Shown here: piece by piece, positions 25,059 to 41,404 of the stretch
Numbering within the stretch: position 1 is the stretch's first letter
Layout: each line of letters begins with the position of its first letter
Source: Macrostomum lignano
Lineage: Eukaryota
Assembly: GCA_002269645.1 (NCBI GenBank)
Contig: NIVC01002830.1
Span: 73,512 to 137,511, forward strand
Direction of reading: 5' to 3'
DNA length: 64,000 nt
Position numbers and translations under genes: made by a program
The notes under the pieces: model-generated
What the model saw: the letters and a program-made list of their open reading frames with translations, nothing else
What the model was told of the DNA's origin: nothing
Database searches by the model: none

Positions 25059-27696
25059 TCCAGCCGGTTAGGTAAGTCCGCATGAGCACTCACGACGGGC
25101 AGTGTTGTCTTACTAGAGACTAGCTGATTGCGGAAGATATCTGCGATTCCCTATCTATATATGTATATGAGCCGGCAATAATCATGAAAGGCATCGGATT
25201 CAAAGAGGCTATTTTTATCTTAGTTTAAAGCCTGTCTGCTACTCTGTAGTCCAGTCGGCAAAATGCGTGGGGACAATGTTTTCTGGGGGGGGGGCAATGA
25301 ATGCCATCGATCACTGAGCCTCACTGTTTCTGTTTGTGCTGATGCACGCGCAGTGAGGCGGCTTGGGCAGACTCTGCGCGTAGGTCTTTTCCTGATGCTG
25401 TAAATTATTTCCCAAATCCTGTCGTTGTTATTCCCTCTCTCTCTCTCACCTTGGGAAAAATTGTTCTGCAATGGTGTCTATCTATAAGCTTATAAGCCAG
25501 GTCATTGTTTTCTTTGACTAGGATAGGGCGAGAGGGCGAGAGGGCGAGACAGGAACGAGATTAGAGTGGCTGAAGTGTGTGCTCTCTCTAGCAGGCTGCG
25601 AAGTGGACCTTTGCGATCGGCGTGAGGAAGTTTTTTCCGCTTGGCCGAGAGAGTGGTGTAAACTGAGAGCGGTCTCGTTTATTGCTAATTCTACCAACCA
25701 GCCCCCCTTGAGCTGCTTGGGCTGGTCAAGTGCTTAGCGAGCTGGGGACATGGGAATTCCTCGATGCTCCTCCCACAGAGCTTGACCTGAGAACTGAACC
25801 AATCGGGCCTGATGAGGCAGACCTTGGGGAGGTTTTTCTTCAGCGATGCTGCAGTAAATCTTAGCCCACCCTTAGCCCTGTTCGTGGGGATCAGACCGGG
25901 GCGTGGGATAAAATCCTTTCGAAACCCAGCCGTTCCCACCCGCCGCCCTTCAAACTGATGGGGGGATCATTTATGACAGACTTGGAGTCTGTGTTGCGTC
26001 ATCGTTAGATGCGGAGATTGTGTGTGTGTTTGTTCACGCTTCGCCCCAGCTCTCAATCATCGGTTCTGGGCGGTTGGGATTTTATCCCTACCCTCTAAAG
26101 CTTTCTGTTCGTAGGTCGACCCCGAGGATATCGGAAGGGGCTAGGAAAGGCGACTTAGACTGAAAGAGAGAGTCTCTGTGCTCTTGGCTGAGGCAATCAA
26201 TCGAGACAGAAAATGCATGAATACGAGAGCGAGCCTCAGTGTGTGTGTGAGTAATGTTTTAGGTCATTATTTAGGCCTGGATGCTGTTGCTCTGTGCTTG
26301 GCAGTGGGCCAGATTCACCCCTGGCAGAATCGCGGAAGGAATCTGATTTTTCCCAGTCAAGTTCCTCAGACCAGTTTTTATTGTTCAAAACCGTATATGG
26401 CTGGTGGATGTCAGAGGGACGTCAGCTGCGGTGCCTGTCTTTTCTGAGTCACCAGTCGACAGACGCTGATCGTCACTTTCTCCGCTGTCCGCTGTCCGAA
26501 GCAAGTGGAGGGCGGAGGAATTTCAATGGGGTTCAGGTTCCTTCGTCCGTTCCGGCAGGCAACTGCCAGTAACCATGCATGGAACCGCTGGGCTTAGCTG
26601 TTGAACTGGACTCGTTTCTGGTTCCATAATCTTCTGAAAAATTTCCCGCCGCCAACAACTAACTGACCAGCCCCAGCTGACTGACCCGACAAGCTTTGCC
26701 CGCCAAAGTTTTCGTGAAGAAAAGTCTGAAGTAATGTTCTTTTTTTAAGACCCCATACAGAGATGCTTATTTGTCTTTTCTGGTTTTAGAAAGGCGCTTG
26801 AAAGGGCCACGCCCTGACCGCTGCATGCTCTGCTCTTAATCCAGTTTAGAGGCTAAATGGCATATTGTCCTCAAAATCTTTTGCCATTAATTTCCGGACT
26901 AAAAAGGCAACCGACACAAAGGCTTAAAATATTCAACGAAGAAAAAAATCCTATCGAAATTTAATTGCTATTGTCAAAGGACACGTTATCCAATGCTGCT
27001 CAAAGCGTTAATTAACCTACAGCTCTCTGAAGACTCGTCTTGGATATTAAAGAAGAATTTATGTCATTTTGAATTGAAAATTCATCAAATTCTGCTTTCA
27101 ATGGCAACACGAAAACAGTCTGAAATATTTTTTCGTCTCGAATGCGGTTTTTCTGTTCAATTGAATTTCAATTTCAACTCTTACCCGAGAGCCGAGCTCA
27201 CCTGAGCACTGCAGGACGGGGATTGTATCGGTAAATTTTTTCCTAATTTAGCTTGGAAAAAGGGAGAGGGGGTCGAATAGTAATCCGCCTGTCCTGAGAA
27301 TTCAGTGTCAGTTGCATGTTAAGACGGTTTTTCCTCTGACTATCTATAGCTTCTGTTTGTCAGGGCTACCCCCGACCTCGGGGGACAGCGGTTAGTCAAT
27401 GGAGCATTTCGAGGCAAGCTACTTATATTTGAGCAAATATAGGACTCAGCGACGGTTATTGGCGTCAACTGACTTTATGGGCTGTGACAATCATAGTCAA
27501 GAAATTTAGGAAGGCTAGAAAATCAGAGGACTTGCTTTGAACTTCGCATTACAAACTCGACCATGACTGATTTGAAGGCTTGCAATGCACTTTGTCAAGT
27601 GCATACTCCAGCCATTGCGCCGGTGCAAGGCGGTTGGGGGGAATTGCCGGGAAGGTTATCGATTATTTTGGATGAAGTTTGCTACTCTTATTATTA

Positions 27697-27730
<34 letters not shown>

Positions 27731-28499
27731 GTTTTGCCGCGCTTTGGCCCTCGAATCCCAGCTCATTCCCGGCTGAGGGAGTTCAGAATGAGAATTGAAG
27801 GGCAAGCGGGTAGGCGGGAGGCCACTTAAATTAGGACGAATTCTGAATGCGCCCAGCTCCATCCCGCCAGCCTCCATAATTCTGATCAGACTTTTCCGGA
27901 AAATTTCCCGAGTGACCAGGCGTGGGATGGGGCGGCCGCCACTTTGGCTGCCTGCCCAGCCTCCCCAAAAACCTGGCCCTCTGTTCCTCCATCTCTCTTC
28001 TCCGATCGGACTCAAGGCTGGTCACTGGTCACTAATTAAAACAAAAAAGACGTACATGAGGAAAGAAAGTTCGGCCTTTGAAATTGATAGTGAAATTTCT
28101 TCTCAGTTCATGATCAGTATTTTTTAGCAAGACTTCGTGGAATAAATTACTTGAAACGCAGACGCAGACATCGGATTTTCACCAGAAGTTTATCCTCCCT
28201 TGTTGATCCTTAATATCCGGTTTGGTCAGGGACCCGCAGATAATCTAAAACCTTTCATCACCGTCTGTAAAAAAAACTATCCATATCCAATCTAATTAAT
28301 TTGTCTATCTAGTTTGGCTTGTGTGTATAAACTAAAAACTTTTTCGGTTTCTAAGCAAGGGTCGCTTTAATGTAGCTGCTCTCATATATATTTACGACGT
28401 ATTTTGAGTTCGTGCACGGAAATTATAGTGATTTGCCGTACGCTTCCCGTCCATTATGGCCAGCTAACAAAGTGTTTTGAATGTGCATATGACTGACAA

Positions 28500-29315
28500 C
28501 CAGGTGGCGCCAGCACCCAGTGGCGCCAGCATCCAGTGGCACCAGCACCCAGTGGCGCCAGCACCCAGTGGCGCCAAGCACCAAGTGGCGCCAAGCACCC
28601 AGTGGCGACAGCACCCAGTGGCGCCAGCACCCAGTGGCGCCAAGCACCCAGTGGCGCCAGCACCCAGTGGCGCCAAGCACCCAGTGGCGCCAAGCACCCA
28701 GTGGCGCCAGCACCCAGTGGTGCCAAGCACCAAGTGACGCCAGCACCCAGTGGCGCCAGCACCCAGTGGCGCCAGCACCCAGTGGCGCCAGCACCCAGTG
28801 GCGCCAGCACCCAGTGGCACCAGCACCCAGTGGCGCCAGCACCTAGTGGCGCCAGCACCCAGTGGCGCCAGCACCCAGTGGCGCCAGCACCAAGTGGCAC
28901 CAGCACCCAGTGGCGCCAGCACCAAGTGGCGCCAGCACCCAGTGGCGCCAGCACCCAGTGGCGCCAGCACCCAGTGGCACCAGCACCCAGTGGCGCCAGC
29001 ACCTAGTGGCGCCAGCACCCAGTGGCGCCAGCACCCAGTGGCACCAGCACCCAGTGGCGCCAGCACCAAGTGGCGCCAGCACCCAGTGGCGCCAGCACCA
29101 AGTGGCGCCAGCACCCAGTGGCGCCAGCACCCAGTGGCGCCAGCACCCAGTGGCGCCAGCACCAAGTGGCGCCAGCACCCAGTGGCGCCAGCACCCAGTG
29201 GCGCCAGCACTCAGTGGCGCCAAGCACCTAGTGGCGACAGCACCCAGTGGCGCCAGCACCAAGAGGTACCAGCACTGCGCCAAGCACCCAGGGATGCCAG
29301 CACCAAGTGACGCCA
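28500..29315. repeat. 16-bp minisatellite (CAGCACCCAGTGGCGC)
   Basis: About 50 units. Confidence 0.95.
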
Positions 29316-30159
29316 GTACCAATAGGCGCTAGTAGTAGTGCAAGCACCGAGTCAACTCTAAAGACTGCACCAAACTCAAACTGGATTCTCTCAAGATTTC
29401 AGCCCAACGGCTCAGCTGCACAAAAATGCTGACAAAAGCGCGAACTAAAAGTGCAAACAAGAAGTCTTCAAGAAAAGGCCAATGGAAGCTGCGCGGATCG
29501 GTCAAAACTTAATCAGATTGCACTGGCAGCGTTTGAGTGTCGCGGGTTGTAATTTAAATTAAAAAATCACATCACATTTATGGGACAATGTTTAGTTAGC
29601 GGAATTTTCTGCTGTGCACTATTTCGAAATATTTAAGTCGCTAATTTACAACACCAACGCAACAATCCAAAGATGGACTCTCAGAAACAGTTGCAGCCAT
29701 TAGCGAGAATTCGGCAAACGCACATAGTGAATAATTTGGACCTCTTATGAAGTTGAATTTTTATGACTGCTGGCCGCCAAAAATTGCCTGTTTTTATTGA
29801 GAGCTTTGATGCCCCGCCTGAGTGAGTTAAAAATACGGCAAAACCGTTTGATGTGTCGCGGATGGCTGATGCGGTCTCTGGTACTCGTATTCGAAATAAA
29901 AACAGAATTTGTGGTGTCCAGGACTGACTGCCATAAGTCTGGTGGCTTGGTGAAAACGGGTGCAGCTTCAACTGAAATTCACTGACAGATGGCCCACAGC
30001 CTGCCTTGCAGAGCGAAGGTTAAGCAATGAAAAAGAAAGAAGAGCGCGAGCCACTATACCCAAGAATTGTAGTAGAGAGGTTCAGACAGACAGATACATT
30101 AAAATGTGGATAGCAGACATTGTGATAGATGAAGCTAAATACAGGTATGTCAGATACCA

Positions 30160-31800
<1,641 letters not shown>

Positions 31801-32689
31801 GACAGGCTCAGCAAGCTCATACGCACCAAGATGCATTCAAAGAGTCCAATAGCTGAAAACAGCAACCCACACAACAATTCAGTGGGAGTTTCAGTCGGCA
31901 CTCAAGCCACCCTACAAAGGCTGATGGGCTATTATCTTTTTTTCACTACTAATGCCTCGTTCAACATCAGCTTAAACTCCCCTGCCCCAGGCTTAAAGTC
32001 CAGATTCCATCAGAAAGCCAAGAATGAAGCTGTACTGCATTGCGGATGCAGGATTTTTACAGATGAAGCTGTTAGCGTGCATCCAGGATCGGATTAAAAA
32101 GTGAGTTCTTCGACTTCCATTCAGATCGTGCTCATCTGCATTATGCTTTAAAAGCATTGCTGCATCCCCTTAAGCTACCGGCCTGCTGGGAAATTCTCCC
32201 ATATCATCTCCAGCTTAGCTCAGCTGCAACTGTTAGAGGACCTGGGCTTCGGGGGATCATCTCTCGGTGGGCCTCGTGACCTCGGCGTCATCTGTTGTCT
32301 TTAATAATTCATGACAGGCAGAAAATTTTAACTGCAGGGTGAAAGCTACTGTGATACTGTGAAAGATGCTGTGTGCTACATCTCGACGCCACCTAACCGG
32401 AGAAATCGATGCCATGCAGCTCAAGTCAAATTCATCATCGTTCGCCGGGGGGAACTGTCAGGCTCTCTCTGAGCTCCCTACCTCCCCCCTCTCTCCCTCT
32501 GTTTGCAGGCCCGGCCAAAGAAATCTACATGCAACCGTTTCTGAGGGGACAGGCAAAAACTCGCTTCTATACACAGCCAATGGCTGTCACGCTTTTCCAT
32601 GAAAGGGATTTTAATTTGTCCCATTGACCCGGGATAAACCTGGTTCTAAGCCTACCAGTCGAGGAGGCCCTGGATAGCGGTAACAGAGA

Positions 32690-33645
32690 CCATAGATAGA
32701 GCTAAGTGTAGACCATAGCTAGGGCTAAGCGGAGATCATAGATAGGGCTAAGCGGAGAAAATAGATAAGGCTAAGCGGAGACGATAGCTAGGGCTAAGCG
32801 GAGAAAATAGATAAGGCTAAGCGGAGACCATAGATGGGGCTAAGTGGAGACCATAGATAAGGCTAAGCGGAGACAATAGATAGGGCTAAGCGGAGATCAT
32901 AGATAGGGCTAAGTGGAGACCATAGATAGGGCTAAGCGGAGACGATAGCTAGGGCTAAGCGGAGATCATAGATAGGGCTAAGTGTAGACCATAGATAGGG
33001 CTAAGTGTAGACCATAGATAGGGCTAAGCGGAGACAATAGATAAGGCTAAGCGGAGACTATAGATAGGGCTATATAGGATCAGACTAGATTTTTCTATAT
33101 AGAAAGGCTAAATAGGATCATAGATAGGCTATATAGGATCAGACTAGATTTTTCTATATAGAAAGGCTAGATAGGATCATAGATAGGGCTAAGCTGAGAC
33201 AATAGATAGGGCTAAGCGGACGCCATAGATAGGGCTAAGCGGAGACAATAGATAGGGCTAAGCGGAGATCATAGATAGGGCTAAGTGGAGACCATAGATA
33301 GGGCTAAGCGGAGACGATAGCTAGGGCTAAGCGGAGAAAATAGATAAGGCTAAGCGGAGACCATAGATAGGGCTAAGTGGAGACCATAGATAAGGCTAAG
33401 CGGAGACAATAGATAGGGCTAAGCGGAGACCATAGATAGGGCTAAGTGGAAACCATAGATAGAGCTATGTGTAGACCATAGATAGGGCTAAGCGGAGACA
33501 ATAGATAAGGCTAAGCGGAGATTATAGATAGGGCTATATAGGATCAGACTAGATTTTTCTATATAGAAAGGCTAGATAGGATCATAGATAGGGCTAAGCG
33601 GACGCCATAGATAGGGCTAAGTAGAGACCATAGATAGGGCTAAGC
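32690..33645. repeat. 23-bp minisatellite (AGATAGGGCTAAGCGGAGACCAT) with higher-order duplications
   Basis: Directly visible; the block GGATCAGACTAGATTTTTCTATATAGAAAGGC recurs three times. Confidence 0.9.
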
Positions 33646-35204
33646 GAAGTGGGGGTAGCAGAGGCTGTAGAGAGGTGTAGAGAAAGCCCTAGCTGAGAGT
33701 AGCGGTGATCCAACAGGTGGTAGCGGCAGTACATACAGGCGTAAAGGTAGCATTAAGCGGCGGTCGGTTTGGGGATTAGCAGTGCTTCTTCAAAGTTTCC
33801 TGCCCCACGGGAAAAATGAAGCGAACATTGCCAAGACACGGATGCCTGCAGGAGTATCGGCAGGGCATCAGAAACAGCAGGGTCTTCGTTTCGTTTCGCG
33901 CGCAGTTCTTGGCTCGAATTCAGAGCAGCAACCCCATCATATTTCGACACTAAAAACTGGCTCACAAGGTGCTAACCCACCCAGCCTTTCATTATTAGCG
34001 GAATTTCTGCATCTTAGGAAAAAAGTCAGGAAACTTTTTTTGGAAATTAAAAGCGGCCTTCGAATGTGGAATGAACTGAAGACTCTAAAAAATAGCTAGA
34101 TTTTTGCACCTGTTCCCGAAACGCCCTGCTACCTGACTAAAGGAGCCGCTCTTCTATCACTCCGGGTCTCTCTACCTTCCCATCAATCTGTAGGTAGAAT
34201 ACTTCTTGCTTTTGACTTTCTTTGAAATAAAGTAGAAACAAAACTTTGTTTTCTGTCGTTCAGAGGTTTCTTTGACACGGCCTCAGGTTGAACTGTTCAT
34301 TCACTGATGTTTTTGCATTGTACTGGGTGTACAGAGGCCCTGGCATGTCCTTTGGAAATTTTTTAGAAAAAAAACCTTATACCCCAGCTGCTAGCACAGT
34401 GAGTATGGCTTACATGTAAATATACAGTCCTCCGCCCCCTGTCTTCTCTCTCTCTCTCTCTCTCTCCCTCTCTCTCATGTCCCCCAACTCGTCGCGTCCA
34501 TCTTTGTCAGCCGGGATTCCCTTCACCTCGGCATTGCCGCAGGGCAAAATCTTTGGATTTGGGGGTCGCTGACTTTCAGAGACAGTGAGAAGTCGCCGCC
34601 ACTTCTGCACGGTAGAGTGAGATCCATCTGATTTGACTGAGCAGTACTCAAATCTTGCCTGAGGCGCTGTGAGTAACGCTTCAGCGATTCTGTCTTGACC
34701 ATTCACGAGTTAGTTCTCAATCTCCGGTTGCCAAGGGAGCAATCTTAGCTTGGCTGAGGCTCGCAGAGTCCAGAGACTCGAAGTATTGCATTTCGCGATG
34801 CTTAAGTTAACGAAGTGGTCAACATTTATTAACGCTCATTTATGACCTGCAATTCTACAAGAGTAGCAATGTAGATGAGAAAAGTTGTGGCAGGTTTAAC
34901 ACAAGAGAACACCCTTGCTTTAATGTGGAGTGCGACTCTTCTGTCCATGGCGAGTTAAAGAAAACAAATTGTTGAATGCTCAAGTTTTATTGAGACTCGG
35001 CAAAGAGGGGGTTCAGTCGTGGGACAGCGGAGAGAGAAACCTGCTTTTGACGAAATAAATTTGAAGAAATGACCCAATGCTGACTCGTTATGCTGTTAAT
35101 TACACTTTTAATATTTCGTTTTAGTGTATATATTGGATGGCCCTATAACTATTTTTAAGGGTATGTATGTTCGGGGGTATGTAGCTAATTGTGTCTGCAT
35201 AAGT

Positions 35205-35480
35205 GTCTGTCTGTCTGCCTTAGTGTCTGCCTGTCCGCCTTAGTGTCTGCCTGTCCGCCTTAGTGTCTGCCTGTCCGCCTTAGTGTCTGCCTGTCCGCCT
35301 TAGTGTCTGCCTGTCCGCCTTAGTGTCTGCCTGTCCGCCTTAGTGTCTGCCTGTCCGCCTTAGTGTCTGCCTGTCCGCCTTAGTGTCTGCCTGTCCCTCT
35401 TAGTGCCTATCTGTCAGCTTTTGCGTCTGTCTTAGTGTCTGTCCATCTTAGTGTCTGTCTGTCCGCCTTAATTCCTGCCT
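35205..35480. repeat. 20-bp minisatellite (CTTAGTGTCTGCCTGTCCGC)
   Basis: Directly visible; related to the GACA/CTAA array in the opposite orientation. Confidence 0.9.
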
Positions 35481-36624
35481 GTCTGTCTTAGTGTCTGTCT
35501 GTCAGCCTTAGCGCCTGTATTGGTGTCTGTCCATCTTAGTGTCTGTCTTAGTGTCTGTCTTAGTGTCTGTCCTAATGCCTGTCTGCTCTTCTTAGCTTCT
35601 GTCTTAGTGCCTGCCCCTCTTAGAATGTCTGCTCTAGGGGTCTGTCCGTACCAAAATTGATTAACCATAATGCTGTACACACTTAAACCATGTGTGTACG
35701 GCCTGAAAAGGCAGACAGACAGCATGCCTAGTCCATTACTGTCTTATTCTGACTTTACTAGCCTTCAGAAATCTTTGAATCGCTATAGCAATCAACTTAA
35801 AAGTAGCCTCCTAAAATCTTCCTGGTTACTTTTCTCTTACAACCGCTGAAAGTTTAGAAGCACGTCAGACAGTATTCAACGGATCGAACCGGTCCTCTAA
35901 ACCCGAGCACCCAGCCCCAAATTTTCTTTGATGCCAGGCAAACTGTCAAAACAGCTTCAGCTCTACACAAAGAGCCTTCTTTCTGAGAGGAGAGGCAGAT
36001 TAAAGGGGAGGTAAAGAGTCAACGAACTTGAGCAAGGGAACTATTATGGGCTGGTTGGCTTGTTAAGGAAAAGCTCTTCCTTCATCTGCCAGCAGGCCAA
36101 GTTTCGATGAGCTGGAGTCCCTGGGCGGCTGAACATAGGCCTGGATAGGAAAAGAAAGACGCGATGAAGCATTCCAATCCAGATTATCTGTCAAGGACTT
36201 CCTGACTCTCGAAGTCAAATCTGGACGGAGCGGATCAGCGGGATGCAGGATGAGGCACTTTGGGAGCATAAAGCGGCGTTCTCCCCTGCTGGCATGATTG
36301 CCGGGGATGGAAGCCAGAAGGCACAAGACGATTGGGAGCTGGGCTAAGAAGACCCAAAAACCAAGAGTCTGGCTCTACTAACTCAAGCCATCCTCAAAAA
36401 TCATCATCATAGACAAGAGTTGGTACTCCAGACTCCTGGTTCAAAGCGCCGCTTGTTTGAGCACTCGATCGTTTGGTCAAGTCTGGCGTGGTTGCGGCGG
36501 GAAATTCGATTTGCATCGGAGAGGGGAAAATTGGTTGCCGGGGGTTGGGATGGTGGGGAGTTGGGAGGAGTGCAGCATAGAGCAAGAATGACTCAGATGA
36601 GTAGTGCATACAAGCCACCCCTAA

Positions 36625-36890
36625 GGGGTTGTAGCTAGCCTAGTGGTTAGAGCGTCCGACTCACAACTGAAAGGTCGGGGGTTCGATTCTCGACCCACTC
36701 GGAACAATTAGTGTCCTTGAGCATTGCTTCAGTTCACTCTGGTTAATTGAGGTTGTGTGGCGACCCCCCAGTCCTTGGACTGAACAGCCGTAAGCAGCCT
36801 TCAGATGCGCCGCAGCAATAGCTGCGGCTGAGCTGTCGGTTGCATGTCTGCCCACTAGGGCAGTGATAATCAATTAATATTATTAGTACA
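36625..36890 (+). mobile_element. tRNA-derived SINE, copy 2 (internally deleted)
   Basis: A box TAGCCTAGTGG and B box GGTTCGATTC. Shares GTGTGGCGACCCCCCAGTCCTTGGACTGAACAGCCGTA and CAGCAATAGCTGCGGCTGAGCTGTCGGTTGCA with copy 1. Confidence 0.85.
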
Positions 36891-37366
36891 TACAAGCAAA
36901 CGTTTAGAACAAAGAATATTGCCAACCAGTTGAAATTTTTGTTGAAGCGAACAGTTTAAACTGCCCAGAGCATCAAAAATTTGAGCAGGTTTCATGCTCA
37001 CACGCAGAATCTCTCTAAATTCAATCTGATTTTGCCTTCCCTCCAACCCAGGTGCTGCAGATCCCAGCCAGATCCGCATGGAGATCAAGGAATTCTCCTC
37101 TGCCCCCGGGATTTTTCTTCAATAACATGCAAGAGGACCCTCTGATCATTGATAATTCTCTGCCCTGTGATGGTCACCGATCGAAGCCGGGACATTCCCG
37201 ACATGCATTTCGGGGGCATGTCGGGACACCGGTGACAAATGCTTTCAGGGAATATGGGAAAGCAGATTTTGGGGTTGCCCCGGAGAGGGAGACAGATACG
37301 GGTAGAGAGTGGAGAGTGAGAGGTATAGACAGGGAGTAGATATGGGGAAGGTTTACAAAGTGACAC

Positions 37367-37970
37367 AGTCCCTCAGCTCTCCCTACAGTCCCTCAGCTCT
37401 CCCTACAGTCCCTCAGCTCTCCCTACAGTCCCTCAGCTCTCCCTAAGTCCCTCAGCTCTCCCTACAGTCCCTCAGCTCCCCCTACAGTCCCTCAGCTCTC
37501 CCTAAGTCCCTCAGCTCTCCCTACAGTCCCTCAGCTATCCCTACAGTCCCTCAGCTCTCCCTACAGTCCCTCAGCTCTCCCTACAGTCCCTCAGCTCTCC
37601 CTAAGTCCCTCAGCTCTCCCTACAGTACCTCAGCTCTCCCTACAGTCCCTCAGCTCTCCCTAAGTCCCTCAGCTCTCCCTACAGTACCTCAGCTCTCCCT
37701 AAGTCCCTCAGCTCTCCCTACAGTCCCTCAGCTCTCCCTAAGTCCCTCAGCTCTCCCTACAGTACCTCAGCTCTCCCTAAGTCCCTCAGCTCTCCCTAAG
37801 TCCCTCAGCTCTCCCTACAGTCCCTCAGCTCCCCCTACAGTCCCTCAGCTCCCCCTACAGTCCCTCAGCTCTCCCTACAGTCCCTCAGCTCTCCCTACAG
37901 TCCCTCAGCTCCCCCTACAGTCCCTCAGCTCCCCCTACAGTCCATCAGCTCTCCCTACAGTCCCTCAGCT
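37367..37970 (+). repeat. 20-bp minisatellite (AGTCCCTCAGCTCTCCCTAC), left arm of an inverted pair
   Basis: About 30 units. Confidence 0.95.
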
Positions 37971-38525
37971 GACCTCACAAGCAAAACACGCAAAAAACAT
38001 AAATCTACTTTGACGTATTTTCTTGCTCCCAGACATGTACTTTGCAAGTTCCTTAATCTCTTATAACTTCCTCTCGTCTACAGAGCAGCTTCATTGACTA
38101 TTCGCTGTACAGAAATCAATAGTACAATATATCGTTACAATTAGAGCATAGTCCACTATATAACATAGGATGTCGAGGTCTCAAAACGAACTATTTCTGT
38201 TCAAACTCGAACAATGTTTTAATCCGTCTCAGAATCTGTAGCTGTCAGTCATCTGAGCAAAGCAATTTATTGCTGTCTGTGAGAGAAATATCTGAGACAC
38301 AGGGGGCGGCTACGATTCCAATCTGATTTTGGCGTTCGCTCACATTATTGCAACTGTTCGAACTGCTTTGATGGTTTAAGCCTTATGCTTGCAACTATGT
38401 ATTGTATTGTATAAACTTGCAAAAGTTGGCAATGTACTTTACTATGGATCTACCTGCTGAACCTGTCAATATTGTTTTTAAATCCGTCTTCATGTCTAGT
38501 TTCACTCTGTTGTTGCTTTTGGAGG

Positions 38526-39495
38526 AGACTGTAGGGGGAGCTGAGGGACTGTAGGGATAGCTGAGGGACTTAGGGAGAGCTGAGGGACTGTAGGGATAGC
38601 TGAGGGACTGTAGGGAGAGCTGAGGGACTTAGGGAGAGCTGAGGGACTGTAGGGATAGCTGAGGGACTGTAGGGATAGCTGAGGGACTGTAGGGAGAGCT
38701 GAGGGACTGTAGGGATAGCTGAGGGACTGTAGGGAGAGCTGAGGGACTTAGGGAGAGCTGAGGGACTGTAGGGGGAGCTGAGGGACTGTAGGGAGAGCTG
38801 AGGGACTTAGGGAGAGCTGAGGGACTGTAGGGAGAGCTGAGGGACTGTAGGGAGAGCTGAGGGACTGTAGGGAGAGCTGAGGGACTGTAGGGAGAGCTGA
38901 GGGACTTAGGGAGAGCTGAGGGACTGTAGGGAGAGCTGAGGGACTGTAGGGAGAGCTGAGGGACTGTAGGGAGAGCTGAGGGACTGTAGGGAGAGCTGAG
39001 GGACTGTAGGGAGAGCTGAGGGACTGTAGGGAGAGCTGAGGGACTGTAGGGAGAGCTGAGGGACTGTAGGGAGAGCTGAGGGACTGTAGGGAGAGCTGAG
39101 GGACTGTAGGGAGAGCTGAGGGACTTAGGGAGAGCTGAGGGACTGTAGGGAGAGCTGAGGGACTGTAGGGAGAGCTGAGGGACTGTAGGGAGAGCTGAGG
39201 GACTGTAGGGAGAGCTGAGGGACTTAGGGAGAGCTAAGGGACTGTAGGGGAAGCTAAGGGACTGTATGGGAAGCTAAAGGGCTGTAGGGGGAGCTAATGG
39301 ACTGTAGAGGGAGCTAAGGGACTGTAGAGGGAGCTAAGGGACTGTAGGGGAAGCTAAGGGACTGTATGGGAAGCTAAAGGGCTGTAGGGGGAGCTAATGG
39401 ACTGTAGAGGGAGCTAAGGGACTGTAGAGGGAGCTAAGGGACTGTAGAGGGAGCTAAGGGACTGTAGGGGAAGCTAAGGGACTGTATGGGAAGCT
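38526..39495 (-). repeat. Same 20-bp minisatellite in reverse orientation (GTAGGGAGAGCTGAGGGACT), right arm
   Basis: The unit is the exact reverse complement of the 37367-37970 unit; the distal part is diverged. Confidence 0.95.
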
Positions 39496-40198
39496 GAAGA
39501 ACAAAGTTCATCTAACACATTTACGCAAGCGAATGCAATCCACAATGCTTCCGCGCGCACATTTCCTTATTTTACATTCCCAATTCTGCTTTCGCCAGCT
39601 CCCTACTAGTCGCTTAAAATGATGAAGCATCTCAGTCTCTGACATGCAACCCCCCTTGAATGTCTAGGAGCTTTAGCATCCATGAGAGCAGCAGTTTCTG
39701 TCTGTCGAACGAAGACTGACCCGTGTCCAGCTAGGGTCCCAACGCTGACAAATGACCATGCCTATATATACAGTCTTAACGTCCACAGAGTCCTCCTTCA
39801 GTGGCTTCCTTGGCTTGGACCGAAAAGGTTCGGCAAACCTAAGGAAATTAAAGTTGCGCTACGGTTGCTAGCCTGCATTGACGGCCCAACTAATTCTGTT
39901 TTCTTGTCTGCTTTTTTGGAGAAGAAGGAGGAGGAACTGTTGCAGACCTGAAGGATGAATTGCTTTTTGTAGGCACCGCGAAACTGCCCCAGCTGGAGTC
40001 TGGGCTCCGGTGTAAGATGAAGCTGGGAAGGAAGGTACGGCGTTTTGGAATGACAGGCTACTAATAAATCATTGGGGCACTTGATACAGCTTTCCTCTGG
40101 CTGCTTCTGGCTGCTCCCTGCATGTGCGGCGTCTGCTGGTACTGCAGTTAGTTTTCAGGGCGATGCAGGAACGCAAAGTGCAACTTGACTTGGTGGGT

Positions 40199-40510
<312 letters not shown>

Positions 40511-41404
40511 ATTTACTGTCTCGTCAATAGCCTATTTTATTGTCTCGTCAAATTTTACAATCCTATTAGGTGACCCAGCAGTCTCAGTATTCATATGGAC
40601 TAAATGTATCACAAGAAACCCATAAGCCAAACTTACAAAGCGCCTTCAGAATCGGCCCAGTTGTCTCGACCAAAACTTCTTTAGAAGATTTTGCTTCGAA
40701 GTTGACCGTTCAGAATTGCATTGCTTCTACTCAAGACGGTCCCATAAACAATTGCAGTAGCTTAACTTGCACCTGACATCGAGCTTTGTTTAACAATAAA
40801 TAGTTTGTTTATAAAAAAATCTGATGCAACTCTCTGTCTCTGCAGCTGAGTCTGTATTTTCTCTTTCCTATTATTATTTCAAGCTTTTCTTAGAACCGTT
40901 CAACCGACAATTGAGACGGAGGGTGGGCGTTGATGAAGGGCTGAGCACAGATGGGGGGTGGAGGCTGTAGCAATCTGGAGAGTGTCGGGTAAGCCAGCTA
41001 GAGGGGGGAAACTCGCCGAGCATTCAAATTTTATTTGTTTGAAAAAGCCAGCAGGGGTCGCGGCTCGGCATGAGTGGCTATTGCTGCATTGCAACCTGTA
41101 GCCTAGTGGGCTTTGGCAGGCACTTTATTGGCTGGACAAGCCCTGAGCCAATGCGGGTGTATCTGCTAAAGGGGGGAGGCCAACGAGATGCGTATTTCTA
41201 TCTACTCTTAGGAACAGCGATTGAAGCTTTTAAAATTTGACAGCGTTAAAATAATAGAAGTATGGATAGTCGACTCTTAATCCAGTGTACGTATAGTCTG
41301 TCCACCATAGGCTGTTTGTGCGGTTTTTGTATGAAATCAGATGTACATCAGAGCTACTTATTGACTGTTCAAGAAGTCGTAGGTTTTTAAGAATTTTTTC
41401 TTTT

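Noticed and set aside
101-25085. GC-rich plus-strand ORFs overlapping the FOG and SH3 genes (e.g. 101-697, 2528-2932, 24199-24825) and minus-strand ORFs over the Kv gene
   Set aside because: Antisense or alternate-frame shadows of real exons, with no motifs of their own.
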